The notes below the pieces were generated by a model that worked only from the letters and a program-made list of their open reading frames with translations, had not been told where the DNA came from and searched no databases. From Escherichia coli (GTDB lineage: Bacteria > Pseudomonadota > Gammaproteobacteria > Enterobacterales > Enterobacteriaceae), in assembly GCF_003334305.1 (NCBI RefSeq), contig NZ_QOWS01000012.1: a stretch of DNA of 64,000 nt, one strand, 5' to 3'. Every line of letters begins with the position of its first letter. Position 1 is the first letter of the stretch. The translations under genes and the position numbers were made by a program. Shown one piece after another: positions 52,381 to 63,982 of this stretch.

Positions 52381-52806
52381 ATGGCAATGCATCTTAACGA
52401 AAACCTCGACGATAACGGCGAAATGCATGATATCAACGTGACGCCGTTTATCGACGTGATGTTGGTTCTGCTGATTATCTTTATGGTGGCGGCACCGTTA
52501 GCGACGGTAGATGTGAAGGTGAACTTGCCTGCTTCTACCAGCACGCCGCAGCCGCGCCCGGAAAAACCGGTTTATCTGTCGGTGAAGGCAGACAACTCGA
52601 TGTTTATCGGTAACGATCCGGTCACCGATGAAACAATGATTACGGCGTTGAATGCGTTAACCGAAGGCAAGAAAGACACCACCATCTTCTTCCGAGCGGA
52701 TAAAACCGTCGATTACGAGACGTTGATGAAGGTAATGGATACGCTGCATCAGGCGGGTTACCTGAAGATAGGTCTGGTCGGCGAAGAAACCGCCAAAGCG
52801 AAGTAA
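52381..52806 (+). CDS. exbD: TonB-system protein ExbD
   Basis: 141 aa, ExbD/TolR family, immediately after exbB. Confidence 0.95.
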   Translation: MAMHLNENLDDNGEMHDINVTPFIDVMLVLLIIFMVAAPLATVDVKVNLPASTSTPQPRPEKPVYLSVKADNSMFIGNDPVTDETMITALNALTEGKKDTTIFFRADKTVDYETLMKVMDTLHQAGYLKIGLVGEETAKAK

Positions 52807-52815
52807 AGTAGAATT

Positions 52816-53026
52816 GCCTGATGCGCTACGCTCATCAGGCCTACAATATCTATTGCAACATGTTGAATCTTCGTGCGTTTGTAGGCCGGATAAGGCGTTC
52901 ACGCCGCATCCGGCATTAGGTGCTCAATGCCTGATGCGCTACGCTTATCAGGCCTACAAAATCTATTGCAACATGTTGAATCTTCATGCGTTTGTAGGCG
53001 GATAAGGCGTTTTCGCCACATCAGGT
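52816..53026. repeat. BIME cluster: four REP (palindromic unit) elements arranged as a tandem duplication of about 113 bp
   Basis: gcctgatgcgctacgc(t/a)tcaggcctac occurs at 52816 and 52929. gtaggc(c)ggataaggcg.. occurs at 52881 and 52994. A conserved 35-nt linker, a(a)tatctattgcaacatgttgaatcttc(g/a)tgcgttt, separates them. Confidence 0.9.
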
Positions 53027-53077
53027 AAGAGTGAATTTACAATGATGCCCGGTTGCTTTTCACAACCGGGCATTTTT

Positions 53078-53962
53078 TTAACCTAAATGCTCGCCGCCGC
53101 ACACACCGTGCACTTCTGCGGTGACGTAGCTCGACTCCTGACTTGCCAGATAAACATATACAGGGGCCAGTTCCGCCGGTTGCCCCGCACGCTTCATCGG
53201 CGTTTTCTGACCAAACTGCGGGATCTTATCCTGCGTTTGTCCGCCGGAAATTTGCAGTGCCGTCCAGATAGGGCCTGGCGCGACAATATTCACCCGAATA
53301 CCTTTCTCCGCGACCTGTTTTGCCAGGCCACGGCTGTAGTTCAGAATCGCCGCCTTCGTAGCCGCATAGTCCAGTAAATGCGGACTTGGCTGGTATGCCT
53401 GGATTGACGAAGTGGTGATGATACTTGCACCTTTCGGTAGCAGGGGGATCGCTTCCTGGGTTAGCCAGAACAGCGCGAAAACGTTAATGGCAAAGGTCTT
53501 TTGAAACTGTTCGCTGGTGAGGTCTGCAATATCCGGAATGGCAACCTGTTTCCCGGCGACCAGCGCCATAATATCCAGCCCGCCTAACGCCTTATGCGCT
53601 TCGTGAACCAGCGAACGGGCGAATTTCTCATCGCTTAAATCGCCTGGCAGCAGAACGGCTTTGCGTCCGCATTCTTCAATGATCTTTTTCACATCCTGAG
53701 CGTCTTCTTCTTCCACGGGAAGATAACTGATCGCCACGTCAGCCCCTTCACGCGCGTAAGCGATGGCGGCAGCGCGACCTATTCCGGAATCGCCCCCTGT
53801 CACCAGTGCTTTACGATCTTTCAGGCGACCGCTACCAACATAGGTTTTCTCGCCGCAATCCGGTACCGGTGTCATCTTCGCCTGGATGCCTGGCGTCGGT
53901 TGTTTCTGTTTGGGATATTCACCAGTGTAATACTGCGTGGTCGGGTCTTTTAAATGAGACAT
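53078..53962 (-). CDS. yghA: Short-chain dehydrogenase/reductase
   Basis: 294 aa with the TGGDSGIG cofactor motif and the SDR catalytic region. Confidence 0.9.
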   Translation of the reverse strand: MSHLKDPTTQYYTGEYPKQKQPTPGIQAKMTPVPDCGEKTYVGSGRLKDRKALVTGGDSGIGRAAAIAYAREGADVAISYLPVEEEDAQDVKKIIEECGRKAVLLPGDLSDEKFARSLVHEAHKALGGLDIMALVAGKQVAIPDIADLTSEQFQKTFAINVFALFWLTQEAIPLLPKGASIITTSSIQAYQPSPHLLDYAATKAAILNYSRGLAKQVAEKGIRVNIVAPGPIWTALQISGGQTQDKIPQFGQKTPMKRAGQPAELAPVYVYLASQESSYVTAEVHGVCGGEHLG

Positions 53963-54083
53963 CGTTTTTCTCCCTTCAGGTTCAACGTCCTTTAAGGGTA
54001 GACGCTCTCGATGCGTTGATAAGGGAACCAGGAAGATCCCTAAACCTCAGAATTATGCGACAAAGGTTTAACGTATATGTTGA

Positions 54084-54647
<564 letters not shown>

Positions 54648-54686
54648 TCTGATTCGGGCGCGGTTCGCGCGCCCGTTATTAACAGG

Positions 54687-55727
54687 TCATTTATCGGACG
54701 ACGCCTGCCACAGATTCAGCTCGCCATCGGCGATATGCTGATCAATCTGCGCCAGCTCCTTGGTGCTAAATGTCAGATTATTCAGCGCCTGCACGTTCTC
54801 CTCTAGTTGCTCCGCGCGGCTGGCACCAATCAATACCGACGTCACGCGATCATCTTTCAGCAACCAGCTTAACGCCATTTGCGCCATTGATTGTCCACGC
54901 TGCTGTGCCATTTCATTCAATAAGCGCAGGCTGTTGAGGTTGGCTTCGGTAAGCATTTTCGGCGTCAGACCACGAACTTTATTCCCTTCACGATGCATCC
55001 GTGAATCTTGCGGAATGCCGTTGAGATATTTTCCGGTCAGCAATCCCTGAGCCAGAGGAGTAAAGGCAATACAGCCCACGCCGTTATTTTGCAGGGTATC
55101 CAGCAGGCCGCTTTTATCCACCCAGCGGTTTAGTAAATTGTACGAAGGTTGATGAATTAACAGCGGAATTTTCCACTCGTGCAGCAACTCGACCATTTTT
55201 TGCGTCCGCTCTGGCGAGTAAGAGGAGATCCCGACATACAGCGCCTTACCGCTTTGTACCGCATGAGCCAGCGCAGAGGCGGTTTCTTCCATCGGCGTAT
55301 TTTCATCGACGCGATGAGAGTAAAAGATATCGACATACTCAAGCCCCATACGCTTCAGGCTTTGGTCGAGGCTGGCGAGCAGGTATTTACGTGAGCCGCC
55401 AGAGCCGTACGGGCCGGGCCACATATCGTATCCGGCTTTGGTAGAGATAATCAGTTCATCGCGATAAGCGGCAAAATCCTCGCGCAGCAGGCGACCAAAG
55501 TTCTCTTCTGCGCTTCCTGGAGGTGGCCCGTAATTGTTGGCTAAATCAAAGTGCGTAATGCCCAAATCAAACGCTTTACGCAGGATCGCACGCTGTGATT
55601 CCAGCGCGTTAACGTGACCGAAATTGTGCCATAAACCGAGCGATAACGCGGGCAGGCGTAAACCGCTTTTTCCGCAATAGCGGTATTGCATCTGCCCGTA
55701 ACGTTCGGGATTCGCTAACCAGACCAT
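54687..55727 (-). CDS. gpr: L-glyceraldehyde 3-phosphate reductase (aldo-keto reductase)
   Basis: 346 aa, AKR/Kv-beta-like family, matching YghZ. Confidence 0.92.
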   Translation of the reverse strand: MVWLANPERYGQMQYRYCGKSGLRLPALSLGLWHNFGHVNALESQRAILRKAFDLGITHFDLANNYGPPPGSAEENFGRLLREDFAAYRDELIISTKAGYDMWPGPYGSGGSRKYLLASLDQSLKRMGLEYVDIFYSHRVDENTPMEETASALAHAVQSGKALYVGISSYSPERTQKMVELLHEWKIPLLIHQPSYNLLNRWVDKSGLLDTLQNNGVGCIAFTPLAQGLLTGKYLNGIPQDSRMHREGNKVRGLTPKMLTEANLNSLRLLNEMAQQRGQSMAQMALSWLLKDDRVTSVLIGASRAEQLEENVQALNNLTFSTKELAQIDQHIADGELNLWQASSDK

Positions 55728-55883
55728 GACCTCTCCTTTCCACCGTTCAATTTCGAAACAATGTTTCTAGTTTAGCGATTCGCCAGCGCGTATCCCGTAG
55801 TCTGGCTCACAGAGTGACGAAAAACTGGGCAAAAACACGCGCTTATGCTTTGCTTAAAAAAACACCAATTGAGGAGTGCAACG

Positions 55884-56771
55884 ATGCCGCGTTTAACCGC
55901 CAAAGATTTCCCACAAGAGTTGCTGGATTACTACGACTATTACGCTCACGGGAAAATCTCGAAACGTGAGTTCCTCAACCTTGCGGCGAAGTATGCGGTG
56001 GGCGGGATGACGGCATTAGCGTTGTTTGATTTGCTCAAGCCAAATTATGCGCTGGCGACTCAGGTAGAGTTTACCGACCCGGAGATTGTTGCTGAGTACA
56101 TCACGTATCCTTCGCCAAATGGTCACGGCGAGGTACGGGGTTATCTGGTGAAACCCGCAAAAATGAGCGGCAAAACGCCAGCCGTGGTAGTGGTGCATGA
56201 GAATCGTGGACTGAATCCGTATATCGAAGATGTGGCACGGCGAGTGGCGAAGGCGGGGTATATCGCCCTGGCACCTGACGGCTTAAGTTCCGTTGGAGGT
56301 TATCCGGGAAATGATGATAAAGGTCGTGAGCTGCAACAGCAGGTTGATCCAACCAAACTGATGAATGATTTCTTTGCCGCAATTGAGTTTATGCAACGCT
56401 ATCCGCAAGCGGCAGGCAAAGTGGGTATTACCGGATTTTGCTATGGCGGTGGCGTATCGAACGCGGCGGCTGTCGCGTATCCGGAACTGGCCTGCGCGGT
56501 GCCGTTTTATGGTCGTCAGGCACCCACTGCCGATGTGGCGAAGATTGAAGCGCCTTTACTACTCCACTTCGCGGAACTGGACACCCGAATCAACGAGGGC
56601 TGGCCTGCTTACGAGGCGGCGTTGAAAGCCAATAATAAGGTTTATGAGGCGTATATCTATCCGGGGGTTAATCACGGATTCCATAATGATTCCACGCCCC
56701 GTTATGACAAATCTGCCGCCGATCTTGCCTGGCAAAGGACACTGAAATGGTTCGATAAATATCTCTCCTGA
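55884..56771 (+). CDS. yghX: Dienelactone hydrolase family protein, intact
   Basis: 295 aa from MPRLTAKDFPQELLDYYD.. with a GFCYGG nucleophile motif. It is one uninterrupted ORF. Confidence 0.8.
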   Translation: MPRLTAKDFPQELLDYYDYYAHGKISKREFLNLAAKYAVGGMTALALFDLLKPNYALATQVEFTDPEIVAEYITYPSPNGHGEVRGYLVKPAKMSGKTPAVVVVHENRGLNPYIEDVARRVAKAGYIALAPDGLSSVGGYPGNDDKGRELQQQVDPTKLMNDFFAAIEFMQRYPQAAGKVGITGFCYGGGVSNAAAVAYPELACAVPFYGRQAPTADVAKIEAPLLLHFAELDTRINEGWPAYEAALKANNKVYEAYIYPGVNHGFHNDSTPRYDKSAADLAWQRTLKWFDKYLS

Positions 56772-56889
56772 TAGGTTTATCTCTTACTGGATTACGTCTT
56801 AAACAAGCATGAAAAAATAGCGTGCGCAAAAGTCGTTCTTTGCCTAAAATATCGCTATATATGGCGATATATAACGAATGAGGTGAACG

Positions 56890-57177
56890 ATGAATAACCA
56901 TTTTGGTAAAGGCTTAATGGCGGGATTAAAAGCAACGCATGCCGACAGTGCGGTTAATGTGACAAAATTCTGTGCCGATTATAAACGCGGTTTTGTATTA
57001 GGCTACTCACACCGGATGTACGAAAAGACCGGAGATCGCCAGCTTAGCGCCTGGGAAGCGGGTATTCTGACGCGCCGCTATGGACTGGATAAAGAGATGG
57101 TAATGGATTTCTTTCGTGAGAATAATTCCTGTTCTACGTTGCGCTTTTTTATGGCCGGTTATCGCCTCGAAAATTGA
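56890..57177 (+). CDS. yghW: DUF2623 protein
   Basis: 95 aa, positioned upstream of the hyb operon as in E. coli. Confidence 0.8.
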
Positions 57178-57365
57178 TCAAACATACGTATTATCTTGCT
57201 TTAATTAATTACACTAATGCTTCTTCCCTTCGTTTTAGCGCCCCGCCGCAGTATCATGATATCGATAACCATAATAAATGTGTGGTAAATGGCGCATCGA
57301 TCGCATTATTGATTTTGCGATTGAGGCAAAATATATGCCAGGTCTTCGCAACGGAATAACTATAA

Positions 57366-58484
57366 ATGACTGGAGATAACACCCTCATCCATTCTCACGG
57401 CATTAACCGTCGTGATTTCATGAAGCTTTGTGCAGCATTAGCCGCCACCATGGGGTTAAGTAGCAAAGCCGCTGCAGAGATGGCCGAATCGGTTACTAAC
57501 CCGCAGCGTCCGCCAGTTATCTGGATTGGCGCGCAGGAGTGCACCGGTTGTACGGAATCTCTGCTTCGTGCAACGCATCCAACGGTAGAAAACCTCGTGC
57601 TGGAGACTATCTCTCTGGAGTATCACGAAGTGCTTTCCGCCGCCTTCGGTCATCAGGTCGAAGAGAACAAACATAACGCACTTGAGAAGTACAAAGGGCA
57701 GTATGTGTTGGTTGTGGATGGTTCCATCCCATTAAAAGATAACGGTATTTATTGCATGGTTGCTGGTGAGCCGATTGTGGATCACATCCGCAAAGCGGCA
57801 GAAGGCGCAGCAGCGATTATCGCTATCGGTTCCTGCTCTGCGTGGGGCGGTGTTGCCGCAGCTGGAGTTAACCCAACTGGCGCAGTCAGCCTGCAAGAAG
57901 TTCTGCCAGGCAAAACCGTTATCAATATTCCGGGCTGCCCGCCGAACCCGCACAACTTCCTCGCGACCGTTGCGCACATCATCACTTACGGCAAACCGCC
58001 GAAACTGGATGACAAAAATCGTCCGACCTTCGCCTATGGCCGTCTGATTCACGAACACTGCGAACGTCGCCCGCACTTCGATGCTGGTCGTTTTGCCAAA
58101 GAGTTCGGTGATGAAGGCCACCGTGAAGGCTGGTGCCTGTACCACCTCGGCTGTAAAGGGCCAGAAACTTACGGCAACTGCTCAACGCTGCAATTCTGCG
58201 ATGTTGGCGGCGTGTGGCCGGTAGCGATTGGTCACCCATGCTATGGCTGTAACGAAGAAGGTATCGGCTTCCATAAAGGCATCCATCAGCTTGCCAACGT
58301 CGAAAATCAGACTCCGCGTTCACAGAAACCGGATGTTAACGCTAAAGAGGGCGGCAACGTCTCTGCAGGCGCTATTGGTTTGCTCGGCGGTGTGGTTGGG
58401 CTGGTTGCCGGTGTCAGCGTGATGGCGGTGCGTGAACTGGGTCGTCAGCAAAAGAAAGATAACGCTGACTCACGGGGAGAATAA
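57366..58484 (+). CDS. hybO: Hydrogenase 2 small subunit
   Basis: 372 aa with a Tat signal ([25 protein letters not shown]) and [NiFe] small-subunit Cys clusters. Confidence 0.96.
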   Translation: MTGDNTLIHSHGINRRDFMKLCAALAATMGLSSKAAAEMAESVTNPQRPPVIWIGAQECTGCTESLLRATHPTVENLVLETISLEYHEVLSAAFGHQVEENKHNALEKYKGQYVLVVDGSIPLKDNGIYCMVAGEPIVDHIRKAAEGAAAIIAIGSCSAWGGVAAAGVNPTGAVSLQEVLPGKTVINIPGCPPNPHNFLATVAHIITYGKPPKLDDKNRPTFAYGRLIHEHCERRPHFDAGRFAKEFGDEGHREGWCLYHLGCKGPETYGNCSTLQFCDVGGVWPVAIGHPCYGCNEEGIGFHKGIHQLANVENQTPRSQKPDVNAKEGGNVSAGAIGLLGGVVGLVAGVSVMAVRELGRQQKKDNADSRGE

Positions 58485-58486
58485 CC

Positions 58487-59473
58487 GTGAACAGACGTAA
58501 TTTTATTAAAGCAGCCTCCTGCGGGGCATTGCTGACGGGCGCGCTGCCGTCTGTCAGTCATGCGGCTGCTGAAAACCGCCCGCCAATTCCGGGATCGCTG
58601 GGGATGTTGTACGACTCGACCTTGTGCGTAGGCTGCCAGGCTTGCGTCACCAAGTGTCAGGATATCAACTTCCCTGAACGTAACCCGCAAGGGGAACAGA
58701 CCTGGTCGAACAACGACAAACTGTCGCCGTATACCAATAACATCATTCAGGTGTGGACCAGCGGCACAGGGGTCAACAAAGACCAGGAGGAGAACGGCTA
58801 CGCGTACATTAAGAAACAGTGTATGCACTGCGTCGATCCGAACTGTGTCTCTGTGTGCCCGGTCTCTGCGCTGAAAAAAGATCCGAAAACCGGCATTGTC
58901 CATTACGACAAAGATGTGTGCACCGGTTGCCGTTACTGCATGGTCGCCTGCCCATACAACGTGCCGAAGTACGACTACAACAACCCGTTTGGTGCGCTGC
59001 ATAAGTGCGAGTTGTGCAACCAGAAAGGTGTGGAACGTCTCGATAAAGGCGGTTTGCCTGGCTGCGTAGAAGTGTGCCCGGCGGGCGCGGTAATTTTTGG
59101 TACGCGTGAAGAGCTGATGGCGGAGGCGAAAAAACGTCTGGCGCTGAAGCCTGGCAGCGAATACCACTATCCGCGTCAGACGCTGAAATCTGGCGACACT
59201 TACCTGCATACGGTGCCGAAATATTATCCGCATCTGTACGGCGAGAAAGAGGGCGGCGGTACTCAGGTTCTGGTACTGACGGGTGTGCCTTATGAAAATC
59301 TCGACCTGCCGAAACTGGACGATCTTTCTACCGGTGCGCGTTCCGAAAATATTCAACACACCCTGTATAAAGGCATGATGCTACCACTGGCTGTGCTGGC
59401 GGGCTTAACCGTGCTGGTTCGTCGCAACACCAAAAACGACCATCACGACGGAGGAGACGATCATGAGTCATGA
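58487..59473 (+). CDS. hybA: Hydrogenase 2 4Fe-4S ferredoxin-type subunit
   Basis: 328 aa with a Tat signal ([11 protein letters not shown]..), four CxxCxxC-type clusters and a C-terminal TM anchor. Confidence 0.95.
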
Positions 59474-60641
59474 TCCACAACCGCTGGGCGGCAAAATCAT
59501 CAGTAAACCGGTCATGATTTTTGGACCGTTAATCGTCATCTGTATGCTCCTGATTGTGAAGCGTCTGGTGTTCGGTCTGGGCTCTGTCTCTGACCTGAAC
59601 GGCGGCTTCCCGTGGGGCGTGTGGATCGCGTTTGACCTGCTGATTGGTACCGGCTTTGCCTGTGGCGGCTGGGCGCTGGCGTGGGCGGTATACGTCTTTA
59701 ACCGTGGGCAATACCATCCGCTGGTGCGTCCGGCGCTGTTGGCGAGTCTGTTTGGTTACTCACTGGGGGGCTTGTCGATCACTATCGACGTGGGTCGCTA
59801 CTGGAACCTGCCGTACTTCTACATTCCGGGTCACTTCAACGTGAACTCGGTACTGTTCGAGACGGCGGTCTGTATGACCATCTATATCGGCGTGATGGCA
59901 CTGGAGTTTGCTCCGGCACTGTTTGAACGTCTGGGCTGGAAGGTTTCTCTCAAGCGTCTGAACAAGGTGATGTTCTTCATCATTGCACTTGGCGCGCTGT
60001 TGCCGACCATGCACCAGTCTTCAATGGGGTCACTGATGATCTCGGCGGGCTACAAGGTGCATCCGTTGTGGCAGAGCTATGAAATGTTGCCGCTGTTCTC
60101 GCTGCTGACGGCGTTCATCATGGGCTTCTCGATTGTCATCTTTGAAGGTTCGCTGGTGCAGGCGGGTCTGCGTGGCAACGGTCCGGATGAAAAGAGTCTG
60201 TTCGTCAAGCTGACCAACACCATCAGTGTGTTGCTGGCGATTTTCATCGTGCTGCGCTTTGGCGAGCTTATCTATCGCGACAAGCTGTCGTTAGCGTTTG
60301 CCGGTGACTTCTACTCCGTGATGTTCTGGATTGAAGTCCTGCTGATGCTCTTCCCGCTGGTGGTTCTGCGTGTGGCGAAGCTGCGTAATGATTCCCGCAT
60401 GCTGTTCCTGTCAGCACTGAGCGCACTGTTAGGTTGTGCAACCTGGCGTCTGACCTATTCGCTGGTGGCATTCAACCCGGGCGGCGGTTACGCCTACTTC
60501 CCGACCTGGGAAGAACTGTTGATTTCTATTGGTTTTGTGGCTATTGAGATTTGCGCTTACATCGTACTCATTCGTCTACTGCCGATACTTCCTCCTTTAA
60601 AACAAAACGATCATAATCGTCATGAGGCGAGCAAAGCATGA
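59463..60641 (+). CDS. hybB: Hydrogenase 2 integral membrane subunit (NrfD/PsrC-like)
   Basis: 392 aa polytopic membrane protein. It overlaps hybA and hybC. Confidence 0.95.
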
Positions 60642-62341
60642 GCCAGAGAATTACTATTGATCCGGTAACCCGTATTGAGGGGCATTTACGCATCGATTGC
60701 GAAATCGAAAATGGCGTCGTTTCGAAAGCATGGGCTTCCGGTACCATGTGGCGCGGCATGGAAGAGATCGTGAAAAACCGCGATCCGCGCGATGCATGGA
60801 TGATTGTGCAACGTATCTGTGGCGTATGTACTACCACTCACGCGCTGTCTTCCGTTCGTGCGGCAGAAAGTGCGCTGAATATCGACGTTCCGGTTAACGC
60901 GCAATACATCCGTAACATCATTCTGGCTGCGCACACCACGCATGACCATATTGTTCATTTCTATCAGCTTTCGGCGCTGGACTGGGTGGACATCACTTCT
61001 GCACTGCAAGCTGACCCAACCAAAGCCTCCGAAATGCTGAAAGGCGTTTCGACCTGGCACCTGAACAGTCCGGAAGAGTTCACCAAAGTTCAGAACAAGA
61101 TCAAAGATCTGGTTGCCAGCGGTCAGTTGGGTATTTTCGCCAATGGCTACTGGGGTCACCCGGCGATGAAACTGCCGCCGGAAGTGAACCTGATTGCGGT
61201 AGCGCACTACCTGCAGGCGCTGGAGTGCCAGCGTGACGCTAACCGCGTCGTGGCGCTGCTGGGCGGTAAAACGCCGCACATTCAGAACCTGGCGGTAGGT
61301 GGTGTCGCGAACCCGATCAACCTCGACGGTTTGGGCGTGCTGAACCTTGAGCGCCTGATGTACATCAAGTCTTTCATCGACAAGCTGAGCGACTTTGTTG
61401 AACAGGTTTATAAGGTTGATACCGCAGTTATTGCCGCGTTCTACCCGGAATGGCTGACGCGCGGTAAAGGTGCGGTGAACTACCTGAGCGTGCCGGAATT
61501 CCCGACCGACAGTAAAAACGGCAGCTTCCTGTTCCCGGGCGGCTACATTGAGAATGCGGATCTGTCCTCGTATCGTCCGATCACTTCTCATTCCGATGAA
61601 TACCTGATCAAAGGCATTCAGGAAAGCGCGAAGCACTCCTGGTATAAAGACGAAGCGCCGCAGGCACCGTGGGAAGGTACCACCATTCCGGCTTATGATG
61701 GTTGGTCTGACGACGGGAAATATTCCTGGGTGAAATCACCGACTTTCTACGGCAAAACGGTAGAAGTGGGTCCGCTGGCTAACATGCTGGTGAAACTGGC
61801 GGCAGGACGCGAGTCTACCCAGAACAAACTGAATGAAATCGTTGCGATTTATCAGAAACTGACTGGTAACACGCTTGAAGTGGCACAGCTGCACTCTACG
61901 CTGGGCCGTATTATTGGTCGTACCGTTCACTGCTGCGAATTGCAGGATATCCTGCAAAATCAATACAGTGCACTGATCACCAATATCGGTAAAGGCGATC
62001 ATACCACCTTTGTGAAGCCGAACATTCCGGCAACGGGTGAGTTCAAAGGTGTTGGCTTCCTCGAAGCGCCGCGCGGTATGCTCTCTCACTGGATGGTGAT
62101 CAAAGACGGTATCATCAGCAACTACCAGGCAGTTGTTCCATCAACCTGGAACTCTGGTCCGCGTAACTTCAATGATGACGTCGGTCCTTACGAGCAGTCG
62201 CTGGTGGGTACACCGGTTGCTGATCCGAATAAACCGCTGGAAGTGGTGCGTACCATTCACTCCTTCGACCCGTGCATGGCCTGTGCGGTACACGTAGTGG
62301 ATGCCGACGGCAACGAAGTGGTTTCAGTGAAGGTTCTGTAA
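60638..62341 (+). CDS. hybC: Hydrogenase 2 large subunit ([NiFe])
   Basis: 567 aa with the N-terminal RICGVC motif and the C-terminal DPCMACAVH nickel-binding motif. Confidence 0.97.
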   Translation: MSQRITIDPVTRIEGHLRIDCEIENGVVSKAWASGTMWRGMEEIVKNRDPRDAWMIVQRICGVCTTTHALSSVRAAESALNIDVPVNAQYIRNIILAAHTTHDHIVHFYQLSALDWVDITSALQADPTKASEMLKGVSTWHLNSPEEFTKVQNKIKDLVASGQLGIFANGYWGHPAMKLPPEVNLIAVAHYLQALECQRDANRVVALLGGKTPHIQNLAVGGVANPINLDGLGVLNLERLMYIKSFIDKLSDFVEQVYKVDTAVIAAFYPEWLTRGKGAVNYLSVPEFPTDSKNGSFLFPGGYIENADLSSYRPITSHSDEYLIKGIQESAKHSWYKDEAPQAPWEGTTIPAYDGWSDDGKYSWVKSPTFYGKTVEVGPLANMLVKLAAGRESTQNKLNEIVAIYQKLTGNTLEVAQLHSTLGRIIGRTVHCCELQDILQNQYSALITNIGKGDHTTFVKPNIPATGEFKGVGFLEAPRGMLSHWMVIKDGIISNYQAVVPSTWNSGPRNFNDDVGPYEQSLVGTPVADPNKPLEVVRTIHSFDPCMACAVHVVDADGNEVVSVKVL

Positions 62342-62835
62342 TGCGTATTTTAGTCTTAGGGGTCGGCAATATTTTGCTGACCGATGAAGCCATCGGTGTG
62401 CGGATTGTCGAAGCGTTAGAGCAACGATACATTCTGCCGGATTATGTTGAGATCCTCGATGGCGGCACGGCGGGAATGGAGCTGCTTGGCGACATGGCAA
62501 ATCGCGATCATCTGATTATTGCGGATGCCATTGTGTCGAAAAAGAACACGCCGGGAACGATGATGATCCTGCGGGATGAAGAAGTTCCGGCGTTGTTTAC
62601 CAACAAAATCTCTCCGCATCAGCTTGGCCTGGCCGACGTCTTGTCGGCCCTGCGCTTCACCGGCGAGTTTCCGAAAAAGCTGACCCTGGTCGGCGTAATT
62701 CCGGAATCACTGGAGCCGCACATCGGCTTGACGCCGACGGTCGAAGCGATGATTGAACCTGCGCTTGAGCAGGTTCTGGCTGCGCTGCGTGAATCTGGCG
62801 TGGAAGCCATCCCACGGGAGGCGACTCATGACTGA
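62341..62835 (+). CDS. hybD: Hydrogenase 2 maturation endopeptidase
   Basis: 164 aa from MRILVLGVGNILLTDEAIG. Its ATG overlaps the hybC TAA (TAATG). Confidence 0.93.
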   Translation: MRILVLGVGNILLTDEAIGVRIVEALEQRYILPDYVEILDGGTAGMELLGDMANRDHLIIADAIVSKKNTPGTMMILRDEEVPALFTNKISPHQLGLADVLSALRFTGEFPKKLTLVGVIPESLEPHIGLTPTVEAMIEPALEQVLAALRESGVEAIPREATHD

Positions 62836-63316
62836 AGAGATAGCAGGTTTCCAGACCTCCCCGAAGGCGCAAGTACAGGCAGCTTTTGAAGAAATTGCCC
62901 GGCGTTCGATGCACGATCTCTCTTTTCTGCATCCTTCAATGCCGGTGTATGTTTCTGATTTTACGCTGTTCGAAGGTCAGTGGACGGGGTGTGTGATCAC
63001 CCCGTGGATGCTGAGTGCAGTTATCTTCCCCGGCCCGGATCAACTCTGGCCGCTGCGCAAAGTGAGTGAAAAAATTGGTCTGCAACTGCCGTATGGCACT
63101 ATGACCTTTACCGTTGGCGAACTGGACGGTGTTTCGCAATATCTCTCCTGTTCGCTGATGTCGCCGCTTTCGCACAGCATGTCGATTGAAGAGGGCCAAC
63201 GCCTGACGGATGACTGCGCACGAATGATCCTTTCGCTGCCAGTCACGAATCCGGATGTACCACACGCAGGGCGTCGCGCCCTGCTGTTTGGTCGCAGGAG
63301 TGGCGAAAATGCATGA
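62828..63316 (+). CDS. hybE: Hydrogenase 2-specific chaperone
   Basis: 162 aa from MTEEIAGFQTSPKAQ..., overlapping hybD and hybF. Confidence 0.9.
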   Translation: MTEEIAGFQTSPKAQVQAAFEEIARRSMHDLSFLHPSMPVYVSDFTLFEGQWTGCVITPWMLSAVIFPGPDQLWPLRKVSEKIGLQLPYGTMTFTVGELDGVSQYLSCSLMSPLSHSMSIEEGQRLTDDCARMILSLPVTNPDVPHAGRRALLFGRRSGENA

Positions 63317-63650
63317 GTTGTCTCTTTGCCAGAGCGCCGTTGAAATTATCCAACGGCAGGCGGAGCAGCACGATGTTAAGCGCGTCACCGCCGTGTGGCT
63401 GGAAATTGGCGCGCTCTCCTGCGTTGAGGAGAGCGCCGTCCGTTTTAGTTTTGAAATTGTCTGCCACGGAACGGTGGCGCAAGGGTGCGATTTACATATC
63501 GTCTATAAACCCGCCCAGGCTTGGTGCTGGGATTGCAGCCAGGTGGTGGAGATTCATCAGCACGATGCGCAGTGTCCGCTCTGTCACGGCGAGCGGTTGC
63601 GTGTCGATACCGGCGATTCGCTGATCGTCAAAAGTATTGAAGTTGAATAA
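63309..63650 (+). CDS. hybF: Hydrogenase nickel incorporation protein (HypA paralog)
   Basis: 113 aa from MHELSLCQSAVEII.. with the CxxC...CPxC zinc motif. Confidence 0.93.
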   Translation: MHELSLCQSAVEIIQRQAEQHDVKRVTAVWLEIGALSCVEESAVRFSFEIVCHGTVAQGCDLHIVYKPAQAWCWDCSQVVEIHQHDAQCPLCHGERLRVDTGDSLIVKSIEVE

Positions 63651-63662
63651 CCGGAGTTAATA

Positions 63663-63911
63663 ATGTGTATTGGCGTTCCAGGCCAGGTGCTGGCTGTCGG
63701 TGAAGATATTCACCAGCTTGCGCAGGTTGAAGTATGTGGTATCAAGCGCGACGTGAATATCGCCCTGATTTGTGAAGGTAACCCTGCCGATCTACTGGGC
63801 CAGTGGGTGCTGGTACACGTCGGATTTGCCATGAGCATCATCGACGAAGATGAAGCCAAAGCCACATTAGACGCACTGCGCCAAATGGATTACGACATTA
63901 CCAGCGCGTGA
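63663..63911 (+). CDS. hybG: Hydrogenase maturation chaperone (HypC family)
   Basis: 82 aa with the N-terminal MCIGVPGQV motif typical of HypC/HybG. Confidence 0.93.
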
Positions 63912-63923
63912 TGATTAGCTTTC

Positions 63924-63982
<59 letters not shown>

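Noticed and set aside
52816-53026. Regularly spaced repeats, checked here and at 3597-4329 as a possible CRISPR array
   Set aside because: There are only two repeat periods. The repeats are REP/BIME palindromes or whole ibs/sib modules, there are no unique spacers of uniform length, and there are no cas genes.
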